From contig OZ024746.1 in the NCBI GenBank assembly GCA_964016885.1, forward strand, positions 26,970,001 through 27,034,000: DNA of 64,000 nt. The letters are read 5' to 3'. The notes under the pieces are model-generated. The model ran no database searches. It worked only from the letters and a program-made list of their open reading frames with translations, and was not told the DNA's origin. Position numbers and translations under genes: made by a program. Shown piece after piece: positions 13,035 through 26,160 of this stretch. Every line of letters begins with the position of its first letter. Positions within the stretch are counted from its first letter, which is position 1. This stretch comes from Eledone cirrhosa. Taxonomy: Eukaryota.

Positions 13035-13697
13035 GTATGTTTTATTATAATATTTTTTTCACATTTTCACTTTGTTAAAGTAGAGCTGTTATAAAAATTT
13101 ACCTCTACGTACGAACATAAACATACTGTAAATAATACTTAGTTAAAAATAAAAACTTAGTTAAAAAGTGTGAAGCATAGACTGCATTTTTATACAAAGC
13201 AGATTGTTTATGGTACAAATCTCACCAGACTTTTAGGACCTGCAAAGGACATGAGCACTGCTTCTTCCTCCTAACATAGCTAAAACAAAGGAGCTATTTT
13301 AAAATTTAAAATTAGTAATGTTGAGATCCAAACACATGTTTGCTTCAAGGATCATAGCATTAGAAAATCAGGTAAAATACCCTTAATGACAGAACATATG
13401 TGAACAGCAGCTGCTACAAAGAATCAAACTCTGTATCTTTTAAATTCCGGCCAAGTGTGTTTACCCTTTAGCATTTACATTACTCTATATTTGCTATTGT
13501 ATTTTCATGGTAAAGACTTTACATCACTCACTTATCTCACATAATATCGAATCTATGAGATGTTGATATTATTTATTTTGAGAATAATACCTTAACATCA
13601 GCATGAGTGGCAAGTTACAGCCAGTTTGAACAGAATGAGGTGAGAGAATTCTGGCTTCTTTTGAATTCATTTTTTATTTACTTTATTCTTGTTGCAG

Positions 13698-13909
13698 AAG
13701 AAAATGCTATGTTACAGCCTGTAATGGAATCACCAGACACTGTTCTAAAATTGCGTTTGATTGATTTTGGACGTACAAAAAATTTAGAAAATAATGATGT
13801 TGTTAAAGATATTCAAGGAATTATCCGCATTTTTACCTCAATCTATGTGACACAGAAATTCGACGATAACATTGATCTTCAGAAGAATTGGAAGACAAAA
13901 CTAAATGAA
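13698..13909 (+). CDS. Kinase-like gene, exon F (catalytic Asn, DFG)
   Basis: gttgcag / gtaaat. EENAMLQPVMESPDTVLKLRLIDFGRTKNLENNDVVKDIQGIIRIFTSIYVTQKFDDNIDLQKNWKTKLNE. Confidence 0.88.
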
Positions 13910-14113
13910 GTAAATACACTCTTTTATTCTTTTACTGGTTTCAGTCACTGGACTGTGGCCATACTGGGGAACTGCTTTCAGTGGTTTTTATTCATACTCA
14001 GTATATATATATATTGATCTGACATTTTATTGAAAAATGGCTATATTACCTTTTGACTTCGAGGGACACAGGACACACCTACTTACCACTCTCCCATCCA
14101 TACATACACTCAT

Positions 14114-14145
<32 letters not shown>

Positions 14146-14274
14146 CTTCATACACTCACACACACACCCTCATACACTTATACCCCCCCCCCCCCCCCAC
14201 CCTCATACACTTATACCCCTCCCACACACACATACACACACCCACAACCATACACTCACATTCTCATACACATA

Positions 14275-14592
14275 CGGGGATTGGCTGAAAAGTTCATAGG
14301 CCGACCAAGATACTCTAATGGAATGCGACCAAATGAGGTTTATTTTTCAACATAGTCCTCCTTGTGGTCCACACACTTCTTCCATTGGTGTTGCAGTGCT
14401 TGGATCCCATTGGTGAAGAGACATTTATCCTGTTGGTCAAAAGACTTATCAACAGCAGATATGACGACATCATCACTGTGATACTGGTTCCCAGCTAAGT
14501 GGTTTTTTTTTATGTTGGGGAACAGATGATAGTGAGATAGGGCCAAATCAGAAGATAGGGAGGGTGATCAACGATTTGAAAACCATAGTCAC
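14275..14592 (-). mobile_element. mariner transposon 3' end
   Basis: LALSHYHLFPNIKK...NGIQALQHQWKKCVDHKEDYVEK* is the mariner C-terminus. TIR-like CGGGGATTGGCTGAAAAGTTCATAGGC next to TA. Confidence 0.88.
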
Positions 14593-15159
14593 TGAGATGT
14601 TTACAACATCTTGTGGAACAAGGCAGAGGCTAGTGACTTGCATTCTCAAGAAAGCAATACAAGAAAGTGTCATACTGAATAAATGATGTAGCAGCAACAT
14701 TGTTAACTGCTACAAGGGCAAAGAAAGAGGAAACTATAGAGGCATCAAATTACTGAACCATATTATAAAAGGCACATTACTAATTTTAAAATAGATCAGA
14801 AGAAGAATGAATATGATGAGATGCGGTTTGGATTTGTATCAGGAAGGTGTTGCCGCATGTGTGTGTTGGTGACTGTATTTGTATTTGTTGGTGTATGTAT
14901 TTGTGTGTATGTGTATGTGTGTGTGTTGGTGCAAGCATGTTGGTGTATGCATGTGTGTGTATGGGGTGGTGGTGGTGGTACAACGAAAATTAAAATGTCT
15001 TAAGTTAAGATACATAACTTGGACTACATAACAGCTTTCTAATGACTCAGCTAGATTTATGGTTGAGGGTGAAGAAGTTTATTTTTTATCATAGTTTCAC
15101 TTTTGATACCTGTTTAGTTGTTCACAATTAATCTCTATTTCCCCATGTTTATCTTTTAG

Positions 15160-15298
15160 CAATGTGACATTCATCAAGTAAGTGATGAACACAGAATGGA
15201 ATTACTGGATATTGTTAAACTAGCACTGGAGGTCAAATTAACAAAACAAGAAATTAATCTAAAGGAAACTGTTTGTAAGAAATTAAAAGACAGCGAAG
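15160..15298 (+). CDS. Kinase-like gene, exon G
   Basis: atcttttag / gtgagt. QCDIHQVSDEHRMELLDIVKLALEVKLTKQEINLKETVCKKLKDSE; phase 0/1. Confidence 0.8.
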
Positions 15299-15497
15299 GT
15301 GAGTAATTTATTTTCAAAAGACATAGTCATGTTGTTAAGAAATTCACTTCACAAACACAACATTCTGTGTTTAATTTTAGAATAATATTTTAGTTTCACT
15401 ATTTTTTTGAGACCTCAAATATTAATTGGCAGAGTTAAAAGGTTGATGTATGAATATATTAAAACAGTAATTATCAAAGAACAATAGCTTAGATGGT

Positions 15498-15995
15498 CAG
15501 ACTACACTATAGTACAGACCATACTGTTGTACAGACATCACTATAGTACAAACCACACTATAGTACAGATATCACTATAGTATGGACCATACTATAGTAC
15601 AGTCTACACTATAGTACAGTCCACATTATAGTACAGACCAAACTATAGTATAGACTTCGCTATAGTACAGACCAGACTATACTACAGACCACACTATAGC
15701 ACAGACCAAACTATAGTGTAGACCTCACTATAGTGCAGACCACACTATAGTACAGACCGCACTATAGTATAGACCACACTATAGTACAGACATCACTTTA
15801 GTACAGACCACACTATAGTACAGATATCGCTAGAGTACAGACATCATTATAGTACAGACATCATTAGGGTATAGACATCACTATAGTGCAGACCACAATA
15901 TAATAGAGGCCACACTCTATAGTATAGAACTCACTATAGTACAGACCACACTATAGTACAGACAACACTATAGTACAGACCACATATTAGTACAG
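15498..15995. repeat. 17-bp minisatellite (~29 diverged copies), intronic
   Basis: Unit ACAGACCACACTATAGT, containing the palindrome ACTATAGT. Confidence 0.93.
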
Positions 15996-16157
15996 AACTC
16001 TGCCTATTTTCTTCAACTGACAAAACAATTTCAAGCTGTCATGTGATACTAAAAGATAGTTATGGAATGATGGAGATTAATAAACTTCATAAACAATTAT
16101 TTTTCTTAATAAAATAATTTTCTTTCATTTGTTTTTTCTTATATTTAATATTTTCAG

Positions 16158-16219
16158 TTGAGGAACCTGAACTGTTGAAAAATATTGCCAAATGTATTTT
16201 TCCAGAGAGGTTTGGAACA
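16158..16219 (+). CDS. Kinase-like gene, exon H
   Basis: ttttcag / gtaagc. VEEPELLKNIAKCIFPERFGT; phase 1/0. Confidence 0.75.
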
Positions 16220-16865
16220 GTAAGCAATATTTTTATGTTTCCATTCAATATCCCCCTCCTCCTTCTTCTCCAGTGATATGACAAAAAAAACAAAACAAAA
16301 GTTATTAGCAAGATCATAACTGAAAATACTACTGTAGTCATCAGATAATATAATTACCTGCAATTAATTATAATGTTATAATTTGTTTTGTTGGATCTAA
16401 TTATAACATTATAATTACATTTCATCATTATCATCATCGTTTTTACATCTGCTTTTCCATGCTTGCATGGGTTGGACAGGTCCTTCTCCACTTGTCACGT
16501 TTCTTTGTCATCTTCTCTGCCAGTCTTAGAGATTTGATGTCAGCTCTCACAACCTCTGCCCAGGTTTTTCTTTATATAATTATATTATAGTTGCTTGCAT
16601 GTAATTATAATATAATTATAATATTATAATTATATGCATATAATTATAATATACTGTCGTTCAAATGTAAAGAATCCTTAGAATTCAGCCAAGTTTTTAA
16701 TTTTGTATTTTTCTTTGTAAAATTTCTAAAATTTCTTTTTCTACTGTGTTCAGCCAAAGAGGGAAAGGCAGTGACCACGACCCTTTTCTGGGTCTTAATG
16801 ATTACCCTTGTCTCTTTTTAGAGTGTCCCAGGTAGGTGGGAGAGAAGGAGGTATCCTATGTTGTA

Positions 16866-19108
16866 GGATTAACAATAGGTATTATAAGGTTATCAATAGA
16901 TATTATAAGGTTAGCAATAGATATTATAAGGTTAGCAATAGATATTATAAGGTTAGCAATAGGTATTATAAGGTTAGCAATAGGTATTATAAGGTTAGCA
17001 ATAGATATTATAAGGTTAGCAATAGATATTATAAGGTTAGCAATAGATATTATAAGGTTAGCAATAGATATTATAAGGTTAGCAATAGATATTATAAGGT
17101 TAGCAATAGATATTATAAGGTTAGCAATAGATATTATAAGGTTAGCAATAGATATTATAAGGTTATCAATAGATATTATAAGGTTAGCAATAGATATTAT
17201 AAGGTTAACAATAGATATTATAAGGTTAGCAATAGATATTATAAGGTTAGCAATAGATATTATAAGGTTAGCAATAGATATTATAAGGTTAGCAATAGGT
17301 ATTATAAGGTTAGCAATAGATATTATAAGGTTAGCAATAGATATTATAAGGTTAGCAATAGATATTATAAGGTTAGCAATAGATATAAGGTTAGCAATAG
17401 ATATTATAAGGTTAGCAATAGATATAAGGTTAGCAATAGATATTATAAGGTTAGCAATAGATATAAGGTTAGCAATAGATATTATAAGGTTAGCAATAGA
17501 TATTATAAGGTTATCAATAGATATTATAAGGTTAGCAATAGATATTATAAGGTTAACAATAGATATTATAAGGTTAGCAATAGATATTATAAGGTTAGCA
17601 ATAGATATTATAAGGTTAGCAATAGATATTATAAGGTTAGCAATAGATATTATAAGGTTAGCAATAGATATTATAAGGTTAGCAATAGATATTATAAGGT
17701 TAACAATAGATATTATAAGGTTAACAATAGATATAAGGTTATCAATAGATATTATAAGGTTAGCAATAGATATTATAAGGTTAGCAATAGATATTATAAG
17801 GTTAGCAATAGATATTATAAGGTTAGCAATAGATATTATAAGGTTATCAATAGATATTATAAGGTTAGCAATAGATATTATAAGGTTATCAATAGGTATT
17901 ATAAGGTTAACAATAGATATTATAAGGTTAGCAATAGATATAAGGTTATCAATAGATATTATAAGGTTAGCAATAGATATTATAAGGTTAACAATAGATA
18001 TAAGGTTATCAATAGATATTATAAGGTTATCAATAGATATTATAAGGTTAGCAATAGATATAAGGTTAGCAATAGATATTATAAGGTTAGCAATAGATAT
18101 AAGGTTAGCAATAGATATTATAAGGTTAGCAATAGATATAAGGTTAGCAATAGATATAAGGTTAGCAATAGATATAAGGTTAGCAATAGATATAAGGTTA
18201 GCAATAGATATTATAAGGTTAACAATAGATATTATAAGGTTATCAATAGATATTATAAGGTTATCAATAGATATTATAAGGTTAGCAATAGGTATTATAA
18301 GGTTAACAATAGGTATTATAAGGTTAACAATAGATATTATAAGGTTAACAATAGATATTATAAGGTTAACAATAGGTATTATAAGGTTAGCAATAGATAT
18401 TATAAGGTTAGCAATAGATATAAGGTTATCAATAGATATTATAAGGTTAGCAATAGATATTATAAGGTTAGCAATAGATATTATAAGGTTAACAATAGAT
18501 ATAAGGTTATCAATAGATATTATAAGGTTATCAATAGATATTATAAGGTTAGCAATAGATATAAGGTTAGCAATAGATATAAGGTTAGCAATAGATATTA
18601 TAAGGTTAGCAATAGATATAAGGTTAGCAATAGATATTATAAGGTTAGCAATAGATATAAGGTTAGCAATAGTTATAAGGTTAGCAATAGATATAAGGTT
18701 AGCAATAGATATAAGGTTAGCAATAGATATTATAAGGTTAGCAATAGATATAAGGTTAGCAATAGATATAAGGTTAGCAATAGATATTATAAGGTTAGCA
18801 ATAGATATTATAAGGTTAGCAATAGATATAAGGTTAGCAATAGATATAAGGTTAGCAATAGATATAAGGTTAGCAATAGATATAAGGTTAGCAATAGATA
18901 TTATAAGGTTAACAATAGATATTATAAGGTTATCAATAGATATTATAAGGTTAGCAATAGGTATTATAAGGTTAACAATAGGTATTATAAGGTTAGCAAT
19001 AGATATTATAAGGTTAACAATAGGTATTATAAGGTTAGCAATAGATATTATAAGGTTAGCAATAGATATTATAAGGTTAGCAATAGATATTATAAGGTTA
19101 ACAATAGG
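16866..19108. repeat. 21/18-bp minisatellite, ~2.2 kb
   Basis: Unit AATAGATATTATAAGGTTAGC, with an 18-bp (minus TAT) variant. Produces the 771/779-aa repeat ORFs. Confidence 0.97.
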
Positions 19109-20198
19109 AGTTGTGAAATATGATATCTTGATAATTGCTAGATTGCCTTCAACTCTGACTGGATGTAGAAAGTGAGCAATGAGAACCTTGTTTTTTATTG
19201 GTAAACTTAATATGTTACATGATTGAACTCCACCACATCATCCTTGGGACTTTTGAGAGAGTGCACACTACTGAATCTATTTGTAGCTGGTCACTGGTCT
19301 CTGGTCTCAGGATATCTTCCTCTCTTCTTTCCATCAGTCACAGAGATCCCTAGAAAGGGTCATGATTATCACCCTTCCCATTGAAACCAAACGTACAACC
19401 TACATATACAAAAACAATTGTTATGATTGGACTGTCTTGGATCATAAATCTACTCAACAACTGTGGTGGCTGGCATAGCTAAATGGTTACCAAGTTTGCT
19501 TTACAATCACAAGGTCCCAGGTTTAATCCTACTGCATGGATCAATTCAGGCCTTTTCATTGAAACTGGGTAGACAGAAAGTGTGTGGATGCCCAGTAAAT
19601 GAACTATACTTGTAAGCCAAACATCTAGCCTTGTCACATATTATCACACTGATTTGGTCTCAGAATTATATTAAGCATACAGGTATCTGTAGAATACACA
19701 ATCACATACAGTTAATTCATAAATTAGACAATTCATAAATTAGACATTCAGTTGATCAAACACTTGAATGTCTAATTATGGAGATTAATGGAATATTCAC
19801 CAGTTGAGAACATACATAACTGGTAATGAAATGATAAAGTTATTCCACTCTGATTTCTATGTTTAATCATGTCATATATATAATATTAGGTGCATGTCTT
19901 AGTGTTTATGTTCATGATTGTAAGGTTGTGACTTTATCTCCCTAATGTGTATTGTATCCTTGAGCAAGACACTTTATTTCATATCATTCCTATCCATTCA
20001 GCTGTCAAAAAGGAGTTGTACCTCTAATTTCAAGGGGCCAAGCTTTCTCACATTATGTTATACTGAATCTCCTTGAGACCTACATTAAGAATACACATGT
20101 CTGTGGAATGCTCAGCCACTTACACATTCATTTCATGAGCAGGCTGTTCTGTGCAACTGGGACACTTGTCAGAACTGATGTATAATACGTATGATATG

Positions 20199-20330
20199 TA
20201 AAATGGGTGTTCAATACCCAAACATGTATTTGTAAAATGGAAGTTGAATGCACACGTTTGATATATAAAATGGAGGTTCAATAGCCACACTTGTATATAT
20301 AAAATGGAGGTTCAATACCCACACATGTTT
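20199..20330. repeat. ~33-bp degenerate tandem repeat x4
   Basis: AAAATGGAGGTTCAATACCCACAC-like core repeated. Confidence 0.7.
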
Positions 20331-20395
20331 TATAGGTAAAAATTATTTCTTTATAGATTCCTTTTTATTCTATTGCTTTTCTTTTTTTGTTCCAG

Positions 20396-20512
20396 TATAG
20401 AGGTGGTAATACTACTGATGGTGCTTGTGGTGATACCATTGATGGTGGGGGTACTGTTGGTGTACCAAATATCGACTATAATGTCTTTGTTATTGGGAAA
20501 ATAAATAAATGA
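20396..20512 (+). CDS. Kinase-like gene, candidate last exon
   Basis: Strong polypyrimidine tract + ttccag; phase 0. YRGGNTTDGACGDTIDGGGTVGVPNIDYNVFVIGKINK*; AATAAA at 20636-20641. No homology support. Confidence 0.45.
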   Translation, partial: YRGGNTTDGACGDTIDGGGTVGVPNIDYNVFVIGKINK

Positions 20513-20854
20513 AGAAGATGAAGTCATCTTAAACTATATAATATGGTAATAGTTTATAAAAAAAATGAAAGCTAGCTTCTGCTGAGCCAAAACCATGACA
20601 TATCCTTTCTGGCATTTAACTTTATTTATGTTGCTAATAAATTTGGAGAACATTATGAATGTCATAAAATTGAATGTTTTTTGTTATAAACAAAACAACT
20701 TATCATTTTATGAGACATAAATAATATATTACACCTTCATCATCATCATCCTTTTTACATCTGCTTTTCTTTGCTTGCATGGGTTGAACAGGTTTTTTCC
20801 AGCATATTGTCCCTCCACTCCTTGCACATCATATATATATATATATATAGGTAA

Positions 20855-21450
20855 TTATAGTGGATTATTCCTCTCTCTCCCTTAATCAGGGCAAAAAGTG
20901 CTAGCAATTTAACTAGGGCAGAAATAGATGTAATACTAACAGCTAGGAAGACCATAATCGAATTTGATGGCTGCCTTTGGACCCGAAAAACAAGCACCTT
21001 AATATTTTTATATTACCATGTATTCAAGTGATTCTGCTCAAGTCACTGATTTAGTGGCTATTTTCTTACGTATGTAATAGCGATGCGCTCTTCACTATTA
21101 ACAGAAGTAGTAGTAGAAACTTAGAACTAAGTAAAAACGTTTACATAAATTCTTTAAGGAATGTAATTTAACAATAACTATAGCCATTAATAATGAAGTT
21201 GTGAACTTTCTTGATGTAAACTTAAACCTTGAGTATTGTCTATACAAACCTTTTCATAAATTGGGTGAACATTTATTCTGTGTTAATTATCAATCTAACC
21301 ATCCAAGATCTATACTAAAATCTATTGTTAATAATGTATTTAACCGCATCTCTAGACTTTCATCTAAGATGGTTTTAATGAGATTGCTCAATATTATAAG
21401 GAAGCACTAAAAAGGTCTGGTTATAATGATAAAATTGTGTATACAGAAAA
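20855..21450 (+). mobile_element. Penelope-like element RT fragment, decayed
   Basis: DSAQVTDLV, VNFLDVNLNL..YKPFHK, VNYQSNHPRSILKSI...RISRLSS and YYKEALKRSGY are PLE RT/thumb motifs. Frameshifted. Confidence 0.82.
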
Positions 21451-22153
21451 CCCTCATGAAATCTGGAAAAGTTATATTTCACATAATATGACTATGCAAG
21501 GACCCAATCTGATTCAAATAAAAACATACGTAAACTGAACAATCATTCACTCCTCGATATAACTAGGAAAATAATTAGTAAGTGTAGTAATAACCACATA
21601 CCCAGTGAAAATGAAAGTAATAGAGCAGGTATAAATAGGAACATAAAGCACATAGAAAATGTGTGTACAAAAATAACAGCCATGAAAATAATAAATACAA
21701 TAATGAAGTAAACAACCACTGTAATAACCTAGACAAGAGACACATCTAAAGTAGGCCTATCACTGATCATAAATCCAAGGTTTTTTTTTTTTAACAATAA
21801 TAAAACTAAGCTTAATACTCTTAAAGATACACAGTTAGGACCTAAACCAAGTTACCTACTAGCAGTAAAAGATATAATTTATGCCTCACTGAATGCCTCT
21901 ATATTTTAAAATCCAAACTAGTTATTCTAAACAGAAAATCTAAGATTCTTTTCACCTGCCCAAATAAATATTCCCAATCTTTCTATTATAGTAAATATTA
22001 AAATAATAGGTTAACATATCAATAGGTAAACTTAAACTCCACTAATTTAATCAATTGAAAATCCTATTTTTCCTCTTTCAACTATATCTAACTCATATAC
22101 TCTATAATACTAATATACTTTATATATTTTTCATATATTAATTATTGACATAA

Positions 22154-22326
22154 CTGTTTTTACTTTTGGCACAAGGCCAGCAATTACCACAGTGCATTAC
22201 TGGTACTTTATTTTATGAAAGGCAAAGTTAATGTCAGTGGGATTTGAACCCTGAACGCAAAGGGCCATAACTCTATGCTGCAAAGTATAGTGTCTGATGC
22301 TCTACCGATACTGCCAATGACCGCCC
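22154..22326 (-). mobile_element. tRNA-headed SINE with 12-bp TSD
   Basis: Same family as 11059. TTATTGACATAA flanks both sides (22142-22153, 22327-22338). Confidence 0.88.
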
Positions 22327-22537
22327 TTATTGACATAATGAATACCTCTCCCCCTACTAAATCCCAACTAATTTCCATCTTACTTACTAATAATTAACTG
22401 CACAATAGCCTAATCATTTTATAATTTTATTTTTATAATTAATTTCAATTATAACCCGCTAGTCTTAATCTTTATATCTCACTGGCAATTCAACAGGTTT
22501 TAACCTCAGGGCCTTATTATAACAATTAACATATCCT

Positions 22538-22587
<50 letters not shown>

Positions 22588-24158
22588 GTGCGTGTGTGTG
22601 TATACATATGTACGCATATGTATATAATTTATCAATAGCAGTAACATAGTGTGATTCACAATAAAGCGTATATGAAAGCACATACAGTATGTTTAGGTAT
22701 AATATACATACATAAGAAAAATGAACTCTATTCCTAACTATAAAATAAGCAAATTCAATAATCTGATAATTTTAATTTACCGTAGATAAACTGAAATATA
22801 TTGTAGGATTAAATGGAATTCCCGGTTATTCGAGAAAAATATGAAAAAGATGACAACAAAAAAATATTTTCAAGGGAAATAACTCTAAGCTGATAAACTA
22901 AAACCCCTTTGCGTCGTCTCCCTTAGATTTAGATCATGTAACTGTAAATTTGACTTATCGGCAGATAACTCTCGTTTTATTTTATTTTTTTTCTCAATAC
23001 TTTCATTATTAAATGATTAAGTATGCTGCCTATGATTTCCAATTGATTTTAGAAGTAATCAAGAATTAGGAGGTATTAGTAGGCATCTCTTCTTGTTAAA
23101 CTGGTAATTGAAACATAACTAAATCATGATGGAAGTGTTTTAAGATATATCTAATTTTGTAAAATAAGCAATTACCTATCATATATCCATGGGCGGTTAA
23201 AAGCGGTTTTAAATGGATATTTACCAGTTTATGACAAACGGAATAAAACTTCAGATTTGGAACTTTACTCTAAATAGTTCATCTATTTATTAAAATGTTC
23301 AACTCTTTCTTTATTAATTCTTTCTTTCATATTTTTTAGGTTCTATAACCTAATCAATATTTTATCTCAATCGATTCTACTACATGAATTAATTTTTCAT
23401 TAAATGTAAATAAATCAATAATTTAATATTTATTTATATAAAACCGAATTATACCTGCCACTGTTGTTTTTATAGAGTTGTTTGTGAATTAATAAAAAAT
23501 TTAAACAAGAATTTGTGTGTTTTCAGTCTAATTTTTAATATACTTATAAATATAAATTTTTCCTATTTTAAATAATTTATTTTTTTAATGGCATTTAAAC
23601 AAAAATGTGACTTTTTTCCTGTTTATTTTTTTCTGTGAGAACTGCGTTTTGAATGAATCATTAGCTTGTGGTACTGAGATCGGAATTGTCTGGTCGACGT
23701 GAATTGCTATAGAAGCAATTATATTATAGCTAACAGGTGAACCTCAATAGAAACAATTATATTACAGCCTACAGGTGAACCCCAACAGGTGTTGAATTGT
23801 TAGAGTCGTTAGAGTACCTGATAGATTTTCTTAGACTATTACTTCCTGCGTTCCGCATTCTCAGTTTCAATCCCACGTGGTCAACAATAACTATTTTGCG
23901 TGTGAAGCGACAACTTCCTCTTTTTAGTCCATTTCGCATTTTTTCGTTAATGGAATTACGAACAAACTTGTTCTTATTTTGCAAGATGTAATATTTAAAT
24001 CAGGGTTTCTCAAACTTTTTGATTCACCCTCTTTCGTAGCTCATGTACTCTTTGCGTATGAAACATCTGCTGGAGAAGATAATTTGCATGTAGTGGGTGC
24101 TTGACTTTATTAAGATTAATTAGCAGTAGCACTAACATAGTGTGATTCATAATAGAGG

Positions 24159-24212
<54 letters not shown>

Positions 24213-24250
24213 CCTAACCCGAACCTTAACCCAAATATAACAAAAATATC

Positions 24251-26093
24251 CCGCAAAAATTTGATTGCACTGTTTTGTTTCCACTTATGTATTTTTTGAA
24301 AATGTTATTTATTCATTATAAAAATTAAATGATAGCATTCTATATGTAGGTGGGCCCCCTTCATCTGGCAACCAATATTTTTAGACCTAGTCCACCACTG
24401 TATATATATATAATGCCAATCATTGTAAGTTTAAATGTAACTGACATGCAAAAACATATATATAGGAATAAGGTAAGCCCAAATCATAGTAGATTCAAAT
24501 ATCACAGAGAGAAAGAGAGAGAGAGAACGATAAAGAGGTAGAGAGAGGAGGGAGAGAAATGAAACATGAATTGCAGGTTAAAATGTAGTCTAAATAGATG
24601 AGAAACAAAACGAGGATGTAGTTTATGGAACACCCAAATGATTTAGAAGTCGACCTTAAGTAGGAGCAATAACATTAAGAAGACATGAACGACACCGCAA
24701 CATTTTGTTTTGAACATTTTGAAAGTAGGTTTATAAGTATGAATTTTCATAAGATTTTCGTAGTTGTCTCTCTGGCCTAGTGGTAGGTACTGGAGATCCT
24801 GACCTTGGGTTCAATCCTGGTTAAGAAGTACATGTAACCTTTTTTTTCAGTTTTTTGTAAAACTCATAGAAAAAACTGAAAAGGTTTACCGGTAACCCTA
24901 CTCCCAACCAGGATCGAACTTCAAACCAGGAACACCACCGTCTATGACTCCTCCAACAAGGCCACAGAGACAGCTACAAAAATATAATGAAAATTGATAA
25001 TTATAAACCTACTTTCAAAATCAAGGTTAAAAAGATGTGGTGTCGTTCATGGCTTTCCTAGAGCTATTAGTCATATTTAGGATCGACTTATCAATCTTCT
25101 GGCCCTTTGGTAAACAACTTTATTATTCCTATGTGTGTTTAACTGTTGAATTAATTTAATTTGATTATTTTAGCAAACAAATAATATAAGTATATATATA
25201 TATATATATATATATATAATGCCAATCATTGTAGGTTTGAATCTGACATGCAAAAACATATATATATATGAATAAAGTAAGCCCTAATCATAGTAGATTC
25301 AAATATCACAGAGAGAGAGAGAGGCGGGGGGGGGGGGGGGAAATGAGGTGCATCAGAGATGAAACATTGATTACAGGTTAAAATATAGTCTAGATAGATG
25401 TGAAACAAAACGAGGATGTAGTTTTTGGAACACCCAAATGATTTAGAAGTCGACCTTAAGTAGGAGCAATAAAATTAAGAAAGACATGAACGACATCACA
25501 TTATTTGTTTTGAAAATTTTGAAAGTAGGTTTATAAGTATGAATTTTCATAAGATTTTCGTAGTTGTCTCTGTGGCCTTGTGTTAGGTACTGGAGATCTT
25601 GGTTTTGGGTTCAATCCTGTAACATTTTTCAGTTTTTATTTTACAACCAATAGGAAAAAGCTGAAAAGGTTTACCGGAACCCTACTCCCGACCAGGATCG
25701 AACTTCAGACCAGGATCACCACCGTCTATGATTCCTCCAACAAGGCCACCGAGACAGCTACAAAAGTGCAATGAAAATTGATTATTATAAACCTACTTTC
25801 AAAATCAAAGTTAAAAAGATGTGGTGTCGTTCATGGCTTTCTTAGAGCTATTAGTAATATTTAGGGTCGACTTCTGGTCACTGTTGAAAATCTCTGGATT
25901 TCGCAAAATACAAAATATTTTTTATTGGAGAAGGTAAGATATTTTTCCGCAAAAATTTGATTGCACTGTTTTGTTTCCACTATGTATTTTTCGAAAATGT
26001 TATTTATTCATTATAAAAATTAAATGATAGTATTCTATATGTAGGTGGGCCCCCTTCATCTGGCAACCAATATTTTTAGACCTAGTCCGTCAC
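24251..26093. repeat. Local A-B-B'-A' direct duplications including two ~440-bp palindromic elements
   Basis: 24251-24400 recurs at 25948-26093, and 24411-25090 recurs at 25217-25875. B contains an imperfect inverted repeat (24647-25089). Confidence 0.85.
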
Positions 26094-26127
26094 TATATAT
26101 ATACATATATATATATGTATATGTATG

Positions 26128-26160
<33 letters not shown>

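Noticed and set aside
16808-19175. 771-aa and 779-aa ORFs as protein-coding genes
   Set aside because: Pure translation of a 21/18-bp minisatellite; two overlapping frames are open for the same trivial reason.
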